Below are positions 19,758 to 28,606 of a stretch of 46,177 nt of DNA, piece after piece. The notes under the pieces were generated by a model. It was given only the letters and a program-made list of their open reading frames with translations. It was not told where the DNA came from and ran no database searches. This DNA is from an uncultured Victivallales bacterium (GTDB taxonomy: Bacteria; Verrucomicrobiota; Kiritimatiellia; UBA8416): assembly GCA_964576795.1 (NCBI GenBank), contig CAZNWT010000026.1:1-46177 (forward strand). Reading direction: 5' to 3'. Position numbers and translations under genes: made by a program. Positions within the stretch are counted from its first letter, which is position 1, and each line of letters starts with the position of its first letter.

Positions 19758-20198
19758 CTATGATGGGGTGCTTACGTGTTCCCAGTCTTGAATGCCTCCT
19801 GTAGCAATACAAAACAGGGGATGAGCCTCAGGGATCTCGATATTACGAAGCGTCAAAAACCACTCCGAACTGCGTACCTTCACTTTGGCCAGGAGGTGAC
19901 TCCATTCATAAAGCAACTGACCTCGCGTCTCCGGGATCTTCTTTCGCATACGGTTGGGTTCAATCTTCGTGTGATCAAATGTGTATCCCCGCACAGTCGC
20001 CTCGGCGTGAATTGCCGTCAGGTACGTCGCAACGCCAGCAATGGGTGACCCCAATGCTTGAAAGCGTCGAAGCTGGGGATGATGACGATATCCTTTAGTC
20101 TTCCCTAACAACACCGCTTGCGCCAGCAGAGCCTCACGCCACACGGCAACAAGGGCTTGTCGGTCAAGGTGCTTGGGATGAACCGTCCATAGCCTCAT
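19758..20198 (-). CDS. Pyrimidine-dimer DNA glycosylase (T4 endonuclease V-like, Pdg family)
   Basis: 'MRLWTVHPKHLD...LVAVWREALLAQAVL..KTKGYRHHPQLRRF' matches the conserved N-terminus of the endonuclease V/pdg family. Its start overlaps the upstream gene's stop (ATGA). Confidence 0.7.
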   Translation of the reverse strand: MRLWTVHPKHLDRQALVAVWREALLAQAVLLGKTKGYRHHPQLRRFQALGSPIAGVATYLTAIHAEATVRGYTFDHTKIEPNRMRKKIPETRGQLLYEWSHLLAKVKVRSSEWFLTLRNIEIPEAHPLFCIATGGIQDWEHVSTPS

Positions 20199-21838
20199 GT
20201 CCCCACAACTCCTTGAACCAACATTTCCGCCGCTTTAAGACCGTCTATAGCTGAACTCACGATTCCCCCCGCGTAGCCAGATCCCTCTCCTGCTGGATAG
20301 ATTCCGGGATGACTGACCGATCTTCCCTGCGCATCACGTAGTATACGAACCGGACTAGAGCTGCGGGTTTCCGCTGCATAGAGAAGGATATCCTCAAACT
20401 TACAGCCATTAAGATACCGCAACATCCGCGGAATCGCCACCCGCAGTGTGTCCAGAACAAAAGCGGGTAGGATCTTAGTGAAATCGGCAGGGACAGAATT
20501 TGAACAGGAACGATTCTCAGGAAGATCGACCGAAACCTGATCAACCAAAAAATCAGTCAACCGTACAGCGGGAACGGAAAATGTAGAGCCTCCCTCTTGA
20601 AAAGCCGCTTTTTCTATGGCCTCTTGAAACCGAATTCCGGATAGCGCTTCGTGCTCGCCTGCATGGGCCGTTGTTGAAAATGAATCCGATTGCACGGGCA
20701 CGATAAAGGCCGCATTGCCCCAGAATCCATTGCGGGCAGAGTAACTCATGCCATTGGTCGTCATCATGCCAGGCTCACTGGCGCACGCAATCACAAGCCC
20801 CCCGGGACACATACAAAAACTATAACATGCGGAAACACCATCCTCAGGCTTACGCGTTAACTTAAAACTGGCCGCACACAGTTCCGCGTGTTCAGCAAAA
20901 CGCCCATACTGGGCCTGATCAATCTGTGACTGTGGCAACTCAAGACGTACACCAACAGCAAACGGCTTTGACTCTATTGCAACATCGTTCTTCGCCAACA
21001 GGCGGTAGACGTCCCTAGCGCTGTGTCCCACACAAAGGATGAGATGGCCTGTTTCAATCAGAGTGCCCCCTGCAACCACCCCAATCAAACGACCGCCATC
21101 AAGGCGAAAATCATCAAAACGAGTATTGAATTGAAACGCACCACCATGCGCTTCAATTAATGCCCGCAATCTCGGAACAATCTCCAGGAGTTTATCACTC
21201 CCAACATGCGGCTCAGCATCTATCAGGATGTCCGGCGATGCACCGCACGCAACTAACGTTTCACAAAACCGGCGAACACGAGGGCGATCCTTGCTCCTTG
21301 CTGTCAACTTACCATCCGAAAACAACCCCGCCCCGCCTTCACCATAGAGCGTGTTACTCTCGGGATTCAGTTTTCCAGATCGCCAGAAGGCATCAACATC
21401 CAGCGCTCTTTCCTCAGCATCCCCCCCCCGCTCAATCACAAGGGGGTTGAGTCCAGACAATGCCAAATGATAAGCCGCCATCAATCCAGCCGGACCAGCC
21501 CCAACAACAACAGGACGATGATCAAGATCTCTGACGCACAATCTTTGAGGCTTAACCACAACGGTTGCATCGCGCTTTTCAACATTCGAGAGACGCTTGA
21601 GCGCAGATCGGAGCCGCCCCGAAACATCGGCCTCAACCTGAAAAACGATCACAGGAGCAGCGCGACGCGGACGGGCATCAAGGGATCGCCTTAAAACACA
21701 AAAAGATAGCAAATCATGCGACTTGCACTGTAACCGCTTGATGATGGCATTCCTGACTTGCATATCCGTATAGCCAAGCGGAACTTCAAGCTGCCGTATC
21801 ACCAATTTAAGTAAATCATTTTTCATAATAAACCGCAT
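20195..21838 (-). CDS. FAD-dependent oxidoreductase (COG2509-like); ORF in the track extends to 21901 but the likely start is 21838 or 21826
   Basis: It has the Rossmann motif 'VVVGAGPAGLMAAYHLALSGLNPLVIERG' and a C-terminal 'GIYPAGEGSGYAGGIVSSAIDG' typical of the NAD(FAD)-utilising dehydrogenase family. Confidence 0.7.
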   Translation of the reverse strand: MRFIMKNDLLKLVIRQLEVPLGYTDMQVRNAIIKRLQCKSHDLLSFCVLRRSLDARPRRAAPVIVFQVEADVSGRLRSALKRLSNVEKRDATVVVKPQRLCVRDLDHRPVVVGAGPAGLMAAYHLALSGLNPLVIERGGDAEERALDVDAFWRSGKLNPESNTLYGEGGAGLFSDGKLTARSKDRPRVRRFCETLVACGASPDILIDAEPHVGSDKLLEIVPRLRALIEAHGGAFQFNTRFDDFRLDGGRLIGVVAGGTLIETGHLILCVGHSARDVYRLLAKNDVAIESKPFAVGVRLELPQSQIDQAQYGRFAEHAELCAASFKLTRKPEDGVSACYSFCMCPGGLVIACASEPGMMTTNGMSYSARNGFWGNAAFIVPVQSDSFSTTAHAGEHEALSGIRFQEAIEKAAFQEGGSTFSVPAVRLTDFLVDQVSVDLPENRSCSNSVPADFTKILPAFVLDTLRVAIPRMLRYLNGCKFEDILLYAAETRSSSPVRILRDAQGRSVSHPGIYPAGEGSGYAGGIVSSAIDGLKAAEMLVQGVVGT

Positions 21839-21861
21839 ATCGACTTCGCGCTGCCCAAATC

Positions 21862-21991
21862 GAGATTCCTCGGCTCCGAAGCAAGTCTGGGATGCAGGCA
21901 CTTCGCTCGGAATGGCACCTACAAAGTAGTCAGCTTTCAGAAAATTGTCATGCTAATCCCGACGGTACGTCGGGACGAAGCATCTCGCCGA
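21862..21991. repeat. Intergenic repeat copy B (between the divergent FAD-oxidoreductase and cNMP-binding genes)
   Basis: It has the same ordered blocks as copy A, with a 28-nt insertion and an internal perfect hairpin cccgacggtacgtcggg. Confidence 0.55.
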
Positions 21992-22136
21992 AGCGCTCTT
22001 ACAATTTGGGCAACACGCCGTTAAATTTAATCACATGTCTCAGTATGCACATATCTCCGAGATGTGCCAGAGGAGAGCATCCCATTTGACAGTGGATTTT
22101 AAACTCTCCATTTGCAATGATCACCGCAGTGACAAC

Positions 22137-22712
22137 ATGAAACAAAATCCAATAGAAGCTCTACTTGAGGTACAGGACATTCTCCCAATCCTCAACGACA
22201 TATCACTCTTTGGCGGACTAACCAAAGACCAGCTCAATACCGTATTCCGCCACCTCGGGAGGGCCCATTTTGAAAAAAATGAGTTTATCTTTGAGCGGGG
22301 TGACCCTCCAAGCCATATCTACATTGTCTGGAAAGGCCGAATTGAGCTCCTCCTCGATATCGAAGGAAGCTATCTTGCGCAAACCGTCTTTGCTGTTGGG
22401 CAGTGTTTTGGAGAGACCTCTGCCATCGGCATTGAACCCCACACGGCAAGCGCAATGGCCACCGAATCCACGGATCTCATTGTTCTCTCCACACATTCCC
22501 TGTTTGAGATTTGGGAAATTGATAAAGCTCTGTTTGGGATGCTGATCCTCAACATTGCCAGAGAAGCATGTCGTCGCCTTAGCACATCAGACGAAACGCT
22601 ACTCCACTACTTTGCACACCACGAACACCGTTCTGTACTGCCGGAACCTCTCCCCATTCAAAACACAGGACCTACGGGGAAAGCACCTTCAATCGAGCGC
22701 CATTCGGATTGA
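22137..22712 (+). CDS. Cyclic-nucleotide-binding domain protein; ORF in the track starts at 22035
   Basis: 'FEKNEFIFERGDPPSHIYIVWKGRIEL.......GQCFGETSAIG' is a cNMP-binding beta-barrel with the phosphate-binding cassette (FGE). No clear C-terminal HTH is present. Confidence 0.7.
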   Translation: MKQNPIEALLEVQDILPILNDISLFGGLTKDQLNTVFRHLGRAHFEKNEFIFERGDPPSHIYIVWKGRIELLLDIEGSYLAQTVFAVGQCFGETSAIGIEPHTASAMATESTDLIVLSTHSLFEIWEIDKALFGMLILNIAREACRRLSTSDETLLHYFAHHEHRSVLPEPLPIQNTGPTGKAPSIERHSD

Positions 22713-23340
22713 AGTTGGCCTGTGTGGCAATCTGTTGGGGTAGAACCTTTACGGCGCCACCATACGTCACAATCACACCAAGGTGATCTCCAAACGGCTT
22801 TGCTTTTCGAATTAGACCTGTCATATCAGCAAGGGTAGCTCCTTCCCATGGAGGGCCGGGAGGATCACCAAACCCAATGTTCTTTGAGAACAGAAACGGT
22901 GATTTCATCTCCACAAACTCATTCCAAGATCGTTTGTCATCTGCCGAATGCATCACAACACACCATCCATTGTGCATCGCAGTGAATTGATCTGGATCCA
23001 TGGAATCCTTCATACTTGGCAATTCTGGTGCAGAGAAGAACGAATAGTCTACCCCTTGAATCCACTTCTTCGAAACTAGCATTTTGAAGAAGTCAGTCGA
23101 TGATGCAAACTGCCCCTCAGCAGGCCAGACCGATAATCCAAAAGGCATATTTTCTTCAGCGGCAGAGGTCACCATCCTATCGAACAATGCTAAATGAATC
23201 TGACGACCATTAGCCCCCATACGCAAGCAGTAGCCATGATGCGATCCGCAAAACCCATGGAATACAGGCACCAGCAGCAAAACAACCATCACACTCAACA
23301 GGATCAACAAAACAACACTTAACAACTTCGGACGTTTCAT
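22672..23340 (-). CDS. Hypothetical signal-anchored or exported protein; start probably MKRPKLL
   Basis: It has an N-terminal hydrophobic helix followed by a soluble ~190-aa domain with no recognisable family. Confidence 0.4.
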   Translation of the reverse strand: MKRPKLLSVVLLILLSVMVVLLLVPVFHGFCGSHHGYCLRMGANGRQIHLALFDRMVTSAAEENMPFGLSVWPAEGQFASSTDFFKMLVSKKWIQGVDYSFFSAPELPSMKDSMDPDQFTAMHNGWCVVMHSADDKRSWNEFVEMKSPFLFSKNIGFGDPPGPPWEGATLADMTGLIRKAKPFGDHLGVIVTYGGAVKVLPQQIATQANFNPNGARLKVLSP

Positions 23341-23403
23341 TTTCAACTGACTCCCTGTAGTGTCGACTCTGGATTCACAAACCACTCATGAAGGACCTCT
23401 TCA

Positions 23404-23898
23404 GTGCTACACATATTCATAGATGCCGATGCGTGCCCGGTCAAACAAGAAGTGTATCGCGTTGCAGACCGCTACGGCCTCAATGTCACATTGGTGGCCA
23501 ACTCGTGGCTGCGGATTCCCAGCGACGAAACCGTAACACTGAAAGTCGTAAATTCAGACTTTGATGCCGCAGATGACTGGATCGTCAAGCAGGTTCAATG
23601 TGACGATATTGTCATCACCGCAGACATTCCACTGGCGAACCGTTGCATGACACTAGGGGCTCGCGCTATCCGGCCTACAGGAAAACCATTTACCGAAGAC
23701 AATATTGGCGAGACCGTTGCCATTCGCGATCTGATGTCTGAGCTCCGTAGCTCAGGCATAATCACAGGGGGACCTCCACCCATACAGAAACTGGATCGAT
23801 CTTTGTTCGCCCAACAACTCGACATCGTGATTCAGTCCATCTTACGCCGACAACGTTCTGCAGAAAATCATCGACCCAACGGGCCTCTTTCAACGTAG
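23404..23898 (+). CDS. yaiI: UPF0178/YaiI family protein (DUF188)
   Basis: 'IFIDADACPVKQEVYRVADRYGLNVTLVAN' and 'VITADIPLA......GARAIRPTGKPFTEDNIGE....RDLMSELRSSGIITGGP' are collinear with E. coli YaiI. Confidence 0.8.
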   Translation: MLHIFIDADACPVKQEVYRVADRYGLNVTLVANSWLRIPSDETVTLKVVNSDFDAADDWIVKQVQCDDIVITADIPLANRCMTLGARAIRPTGKPFTEDNIGETVAIRDLMSELRSSGIITGGPPPIQKLDRSLFAQQLDIVIQSILRRQRSAENHRPNGPLST

Positions 23899-24068
23899 CG
23901 CGGCCCCGTCCCGGAGGTGCGATCAGGACCAGTAGGCACACATCTCCGAGGTGTAGCCCCACCCAGATTGTATCTGGGCTCAGCTCGCCCAACGGGCGGG
24001 AATACGTCATCCAATGACGCACAACAACTGACATCCCAGTTCCTTTTTCCTATTACGAACCATAGCGA

Positions 24069-25568
24069 TTGGCCTACAATCACACCATGGAACTACCCGA
24101 GAAACTGAAAGCAAAGCTTAAGGCCCTACCCGACAAGCCTGGCTGCTATCTCATGCGAGATCAAAACGGGAAGATCATCTACGTGGGTAAGGCTCTGTCG
24201 CTACGAAAACGGGTTCAATCCTACTTTCAGGACGCATCACTTCGCAGCGCAAGCCCAAAGTTGCGAGGACTCGTCAAAAGCGTCCGCGACCTTGACATCA
24301 TTGTTGTGCACAACGAAGCCGCGGCCCTACTCACAGAGGGCCAACTCATCAAAACCTATCGCCCTCGCTACAACGTTTCCTTCAAAGATGACAAGCGCTT
24401 CCTACTGCTTCGCGCAAACCCAAATGATCCATTTCCACGTTTTGCCCTTGTCCGCCTACGGCGCGATGACGGCGCACGCTATTTTGGCCCCTACGCCTCA
24501 TCGCCTGCCGCACGCACCGCACTCGACTTTATTGAAAAGCAATTTGGAATCCGCAAGTGCACCCCTCGAATTCCAGACGCAGAAACCTATAAGCACTGCA
24601 TCAACGATATCATTCGCTTTTGCAGTGCCCCTTGCGTGAAGAAGATAACAAGTGAGGACTATCACGCACAATTTGACGAAGCTTGTGCGTTTCTCAGAGG
24701 GCATCGCCCAGACTTGCTAAAGAAGCTTCGAGAACAAATGGAGGAAGCATCCCAGTCACGCGACTTTGAACGGGCTGCGGGCCTTCGCGACACACTGTTC
24801 TTACTTCAAAAGGCTGTTAAACAGCATGCTCGGGTTGCCCCCACAAAACAGATGCAAGAGGCGGATGCCGCACTCGGTCTATCAGAACTGCAAACTGCAA
24901 TGGGCCTAAAAGCTCCCCCCCGTGTAATCGAAGCCTTCGACATCTCCAACATCTCAGGAACCTATGCCGTTGCAAGTATGGTTTGTGCCGTAGATGGTAT
25001 TCCAAAAAACAATCGATATCGTCGTTTCCGGATCAAAACCGTAGAAGGAAGCAATGATCCCGCCATGATTGCAGAAGTTGTGAGACGACGTGTAGAAGGA
25101 CTTTTGGCCAAACAATCTCCTCTCCCAGATCTACTTCTTGTCGATGGTGGAATCACACAGCTTAGGGCCGCACGTGACGTTCTCACCTCACTCGATTGCA
25201 CCTCGCTACCAACCGCAGGACTCGCAAAACGCTACGAAGAACTCTATTGGGACGAAGATGGCCCCCCGCTTCGGCTGCCAGTAAATTCCAATGGGCTCAA
25301 AATTCTGCAACGCTTACGAGACGAAGCCCACCGTTTTGCGATCACATATCACCGACAGCTCCGCAGTAAACGCATACGGGAATCGGCGCTTGATGAAATT
25401 CCCGGCATTGGCCCCATACGCAAGCAACATATCCTTGCTCACTTTGGCTCCGTCCGAAGACTGATGAGCGCGGGACAAGATAGTCTTTCTGCGGTTCCCG
25501 GTATTGGTCCAGACATGGCAAAGAGCATATGGGAAGCGCTGCATGCTTCTGCACGCTCGCCAGAGTGA
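24069..25568 (+). CDS. uvrC: Excinuclease ABC subunit C (compact 499-aa form)
   Basis: It has an N-terminal GIY-YIG nuclease ('PGCYLMRDQNGKIIYVGKALSLRKRVQSYF'), a UVR motif ('SRDFERAAGLRDTLFLL'), an endonuclease domain ('DISNISGTYAVASMVCAVDG...YRRFRI') and a C-terminal (HhH)2 ('IPGIGPIRKQHILAHFGSVRRLMSA...VPGIGPDMAKSI'). Confidence 0.85.
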   Translation: MAYNHTMELPEKLKAKLKALPDKPGCYLMRDQNGKIIYVGKALSLRKRVQSYFQDASLRSASPKLRGLVKSVRDLDIIVVHNEAAALLTEGQLIKTYRPRYNVSFKDDKRFLLLRANPNDPFPRFALVRLRRDDGARYFGPYASSPAARTALDFIEKQFGIRKCTPRIPDAETYKHCINDIIRFCSAPCVKKITSEDYHAQFDEACAFLRGHRPDLLKKLREQMEEASQSRDFERAAGLRDTLFLLQKAVKQHARVAPTKQMQEADAALGLSELQTAMGLKAPPRVIEAFDISNISGTYAVASMVCAVDGIPKNNRYRRFRIKTVEGSNDPAMIAEVVRRRVEGLLAKQSPLPDLLLVDGGITQLRAARDVLTSLDCTSLPTAGLAKRYEELYWDEDGPPLRLPVNSNGLKILQRLRDEAHRFAITYHRQLRSKRIRESALDEIPGIGPIRKQHILAHFGSVRRLMSAGQDSLSAVPGIGPDMAKSIWEALHASARSPE

Positions 25569-25608
25569 GGAGACATTCCCTACTTCAAGAGAGGTAGCAA
25601 CACTATCG

Positions 25609-26907
25609 CTATCGCGTCAGTGCGGCGATCGCAGCACCAACAACAGGGGCATCATCCACATGGACGCATCGATAATGAATCCCACGTGCACCCAAGATCG
25701 AGGTCAAACCCGTCTGCACCTTGGCAGACATTCCTGTGGTTTTGTAATAGGTTGATCCATCAATATTGATGCAGACTGGGGCCGCCGGATCAAAACCACC
25801 ACCCCCCTTGATAACCGCCACGCTGATATTCACTGCGGCCAAAAGGGCCGCACGATCAACCACGGCCTCAAAGATAGACCGCATCAGATCGCGATCACCA
25901 TCCGTAAATACCTCAGTTCGCAAAATCCCAGTGTCGCGCCCCTCATCAGCCAAGAGATTGTCGATGTGAATGGTTGAGAGTTCAGCAAGACTCTCAATGG
26001 TCACCGTCCCAATTTCTGAGAAAGCCCCCTGCCCCGCTGCCGCCTTAAACAGCTCCAATGCGAGCGGCCCCATGTAGACGCCCGATATCATCTTCTCAAA
26101 CTGCTGCTTGTTCGGATTGCCGCTTTCAAGGTCACGCTTCACATCCAGTGGCCCACGAGAAAACCGATTGAATCCACCCGACTCCACATTAATGACTTGA
26201 GACCCTTCACAACTCAGGTTCGGAACCTTTAGAATATTTGCGTTTTGCTCAACATAAGCTGTATTCGTACCCGTCCCGAGGATATAACCAACGTAATTCG
26301 ACGCCCCAAAGTTTTGTCCCTGAGCCATCCCAGCCAGCAAGGCCGCCACGGTGTCATTGAGAACAATTACCCGCTTTCCCTCATAACCAAGTTTTGCCAG
26401 TGCACATAGCAACCCCGCCCCAACGCACTCTCCCACAACATCAGGAATCTTGATCTCCTTTGTCCAGTGGAGCAGACGCCCATCACAATCAGGCGTGATC
26501 TCTGCCGGATAGGAGAAGCAAAATCCGATCACATCGGTGTGTCCCATTAGAGGTGCTACCGCGGCGGCCAACCCGTCAAAGAAAACATCACCACTCAACT
26601 CTTTCTTAATTCCAAACATCGGCTGTTTGTTAAAAGAAGAGAGTGTAATCGTCCCCGCATCATCGAACTCAGCCAAACCTATCCGCAGATTCGTCCCCCC
26701 GGCATCAATAACGACTACCGGCTGACCATGCGGTATCAGATGATCTGTGCCAATATAGGCAGGGATCATGGGTAGCGTCCCTGCTCCTGCCTCATTCAAT
26801 CCTATTGTCATCTCATCGATAAATGCATCGATGAGCTCATCTGCCACATAAAGACCCGCATCCACATGCTGCGCACGCAACCACGCCTTCAGTTCAAAAT
26901 CCATCAT
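25609..26907 (-). CDS. Eukaryotic-type hexokinase family protein
   Basis: The hexokinase_1/2 motifs are present: 'VVVIDAGGTNLRIGL', 'IGFCFSYP', 'LLHWTKEIKI', 'IVLNDTVAALLAG', 'ILGTGTNTAY' and C-terminal 'INIDGSTY'. Confidence 0.8.
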   Translation of the reverse strand: MMDFELKAWLRAQHVDAGLYVADELIDAFIDEMTIGLNEAGAGTLPMIPAYIGTDHLIPHGQPVVVIDAGGTNLRIGLAEFDDAGTITLSSFNKQPMFGIKKELSGDVFFDGLAAAVAPLMGHTDVIGFCFSYPAEITPDCDGRLLHWTKEIKIPDVVGECVGAGLLCALAKLGYEGKRVIVLNDTVAALLAGMAQGQNFGASNYVGYILGTGTNTAYVEQNANILKVPNLSCEGSQVINVESGGFNRFSRGPLDVKRDLESGNPNKQQFEKMISGVYMGPLALELFKAAAGQGAFSEIGTVTIESLAELSTIHIDNLLADEGRDTGILRTEVFTDGDRDLMRSIFEAVVDRAALLAAVNISVAVIKGGGGFDPAAPVCINIDGSTYYKTTGMSAKVQTGLTSILGARGIHYRCVHVDDAPVVGAAIAALTR

Positions 26908-27100
26908 TTCATGATTCCTTCGATTTGTGGTAATGCCCGCTGCCGTTTGAAATTAAAACGGTTCCAGAAACCACGCCTAAACGAGAAGCTCCATAAGCCT
27001 GAGTTGTCCGTACTTTTTTGTTTCAGAAGACTCAAAAAGTCAAGCCACGAAGCATCACAAACGTTCTGTCATGTAGCATTGAAACCCCCGTAAGTCGGAG

Positions 27101-27134
27101 CCCAAAAAAAAGTCAAAAGCGGCGTGCCTCCGCC
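27101..27134 (-). terminator. Putative Rho-independent terminator downstream of galK
   Basis: On the minus strand: ccggCGGCGgaggcaCGCCGcttttgacttttttttgg. This is a 5-6 bp GC stem followed by a T-rich tail, ~55 nt after the galK stop. Confidence 0.35.
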
Positions 27135-27189
27135 GGATCATACCAGGTTAGAAACTCAAGAATGAACATCCAACATCGAACGGTTCAGG

Positions 27190-28356
27190 TCAATGGACAG
27201 CAGCGCCTGCAGAGGGTTCGATCACATTGATGTCGCAGACATGACCGTAAGCCTTCTCGAACACCACTTTGATCGCGTGGGCAATGGTAGCCGCATCCCG
27301 CGGATGTACCAGAGCCACCACGCTGCCGCCAAACCCGCCACCCGAAAGCCGAGCGCCCAACACGCCGGGAATCCTGCGAGCTGCATTGACGATGGTATCG
27401 AGCTCTTCGCAAGAGTTCTCAAAATACGTTACGGAACTTTCATGTGAATCAAACATCAGCTTGCCAAATGCCTCAATATCGCCGGTGGCCAGCAGCTGGC
27501 GACCAGCAATTACGCGCTCGTTTTCACCAATCGGATGGGCCGCGCGGCGTGCGGTAGTATCATCCATTTCCCTCTGCCACTGCTCCCATTCCGCCCAACT
27601 CACATCGCGCAGGGCGGTGACAGAGTGATCAAGCTTGGCCTTAAAGAATTCCGCAGCGGCTTCACACTTCTCGCGGCGCTCGTTGTACTCACCATCAACC
27701 AGCGCATGCTTGGCGTGGGTGTTGCACATCAGGAAGCAGGCGTCTGTGCCGACGGGGACGGTTTCCACTTCCAGGGACCGGAAGTCACTCATCACCAGCG
27801 AATTCTCCTTTCCGAAGATGCTGGAGATCTGATCCATCAGCCCGCACTTCACACCAGCGTAAGTGTGTTCCGCCTTCTGACCGATCTTGGCCATATCCAG
27901 TGAACTCACTGTGATATCGTACAGTTTTGCCAGAGCTAATCCTGAAGCGACTTCCAGCGCTGCAGAGCTGGAGAGTCCAGCGCCAAGCGGGATATTGCCC
28001 AACAGCACGCCGTTAAAACCGTGGCTGATTGAACCGCGCTCCTTCAGACTGGCAAAGACACCAATAACATAGTTGGCCCAAGTGCCTTCAATGACTGCAG
28101 CAGGTGAGGCGGCGTCAAAGAATACCATTTCATCAAGATCGCCAGCCACAAGACGGCATGTGCTGTCCGATGATGGCGATACCAGAAAGAAGGTCCCGTA
28201 GTCAATCGCAGCAGAAAGCACATAGCCTTCATTGTAGTCCGTATGATTACCCAGCACCTCGACGCGGCCTGGCGCGTAAGCGGACGCTGTGTGTTCACAG
28301 TTGAAATGGCGCTTGAATATCTGCTTTGCTGTATTGAAAACGTCTTCGTTTATCAT
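27190..28356 (-). CDS. galK: Galactokinase
   Basis: The GHMP kinase motifs are 'APGRVEVLGNHTDYNEGYVL' and 'PLGAGLSSSAALEVA', plus 'GEYNERREKCE' and 'SGGGFGGSVVAL'. It is collinear with E. coli GalK. Confidence 0.9.
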   Translation of the reverse strand: MINEDVFNTAKQIFKRHFNCEHTASAYAPGRVEVLGNHTDYNEGYVLSAAIDYGTFFLVSPSSDSTCRLVAGDLDEMVFFDAASPAAVIEGTWANYVIGVFASLKERGSISHGFNGVLLGNIPLGAGLSSSAALEVASGLALAKLYDITVSSLDMAKIGQKAEHTYAGVKCGLMDQISSIFGKENSLVMSDFRSLEVETVPVGTDACFLMCNTHAKHALVDGEYNERREKCEAAAEFFKAKLDHSVTALRDVSWAEWEQWQREMDDTTARRAAHPIGENERVIAGRQLLATGDIEAFGKLMFDSHESSVTYFENSCEELDTIVNAARRIPGVLGARLSGGGFGGSVVALVHPRDAATIAHAIKVVFEKAYGHVCDINVIEPSAGAAVH

Positions 28357-28606
28357 AATGTTTTCCTAACCGATAACAGAACCGTCCCGATCAACTACAG
28401 TCAGGTAGCCGACCTGTTCGGAATCCAAGCCGTAACGTAACCAGAACGACACAACATCATCAAGAAGTGACGACTTGTAAAACGCCGCCAACGCCGAAAG
28501 AGCAAGAGACCCATTGACCATCACCCCATCTATTTATGCCCGTTCCTGTCAGCCCTGACCGTCAGACATGCTGGGTACAGAGCTCATACCGGCATATCAC
28601 CAAAAA

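Noticed and set aside
22672-23340. The 22672-23340 protein as a prepilin-like/DUF1559 (H-X9-DG) protein
   Set aside because: The N-terminus lacks the prepilin cleavage/methylation motif (G-F-T-L-I-E), and the H-X9-DG spacing does not fit. I kept it as a hypothetical signal-anchored protein.
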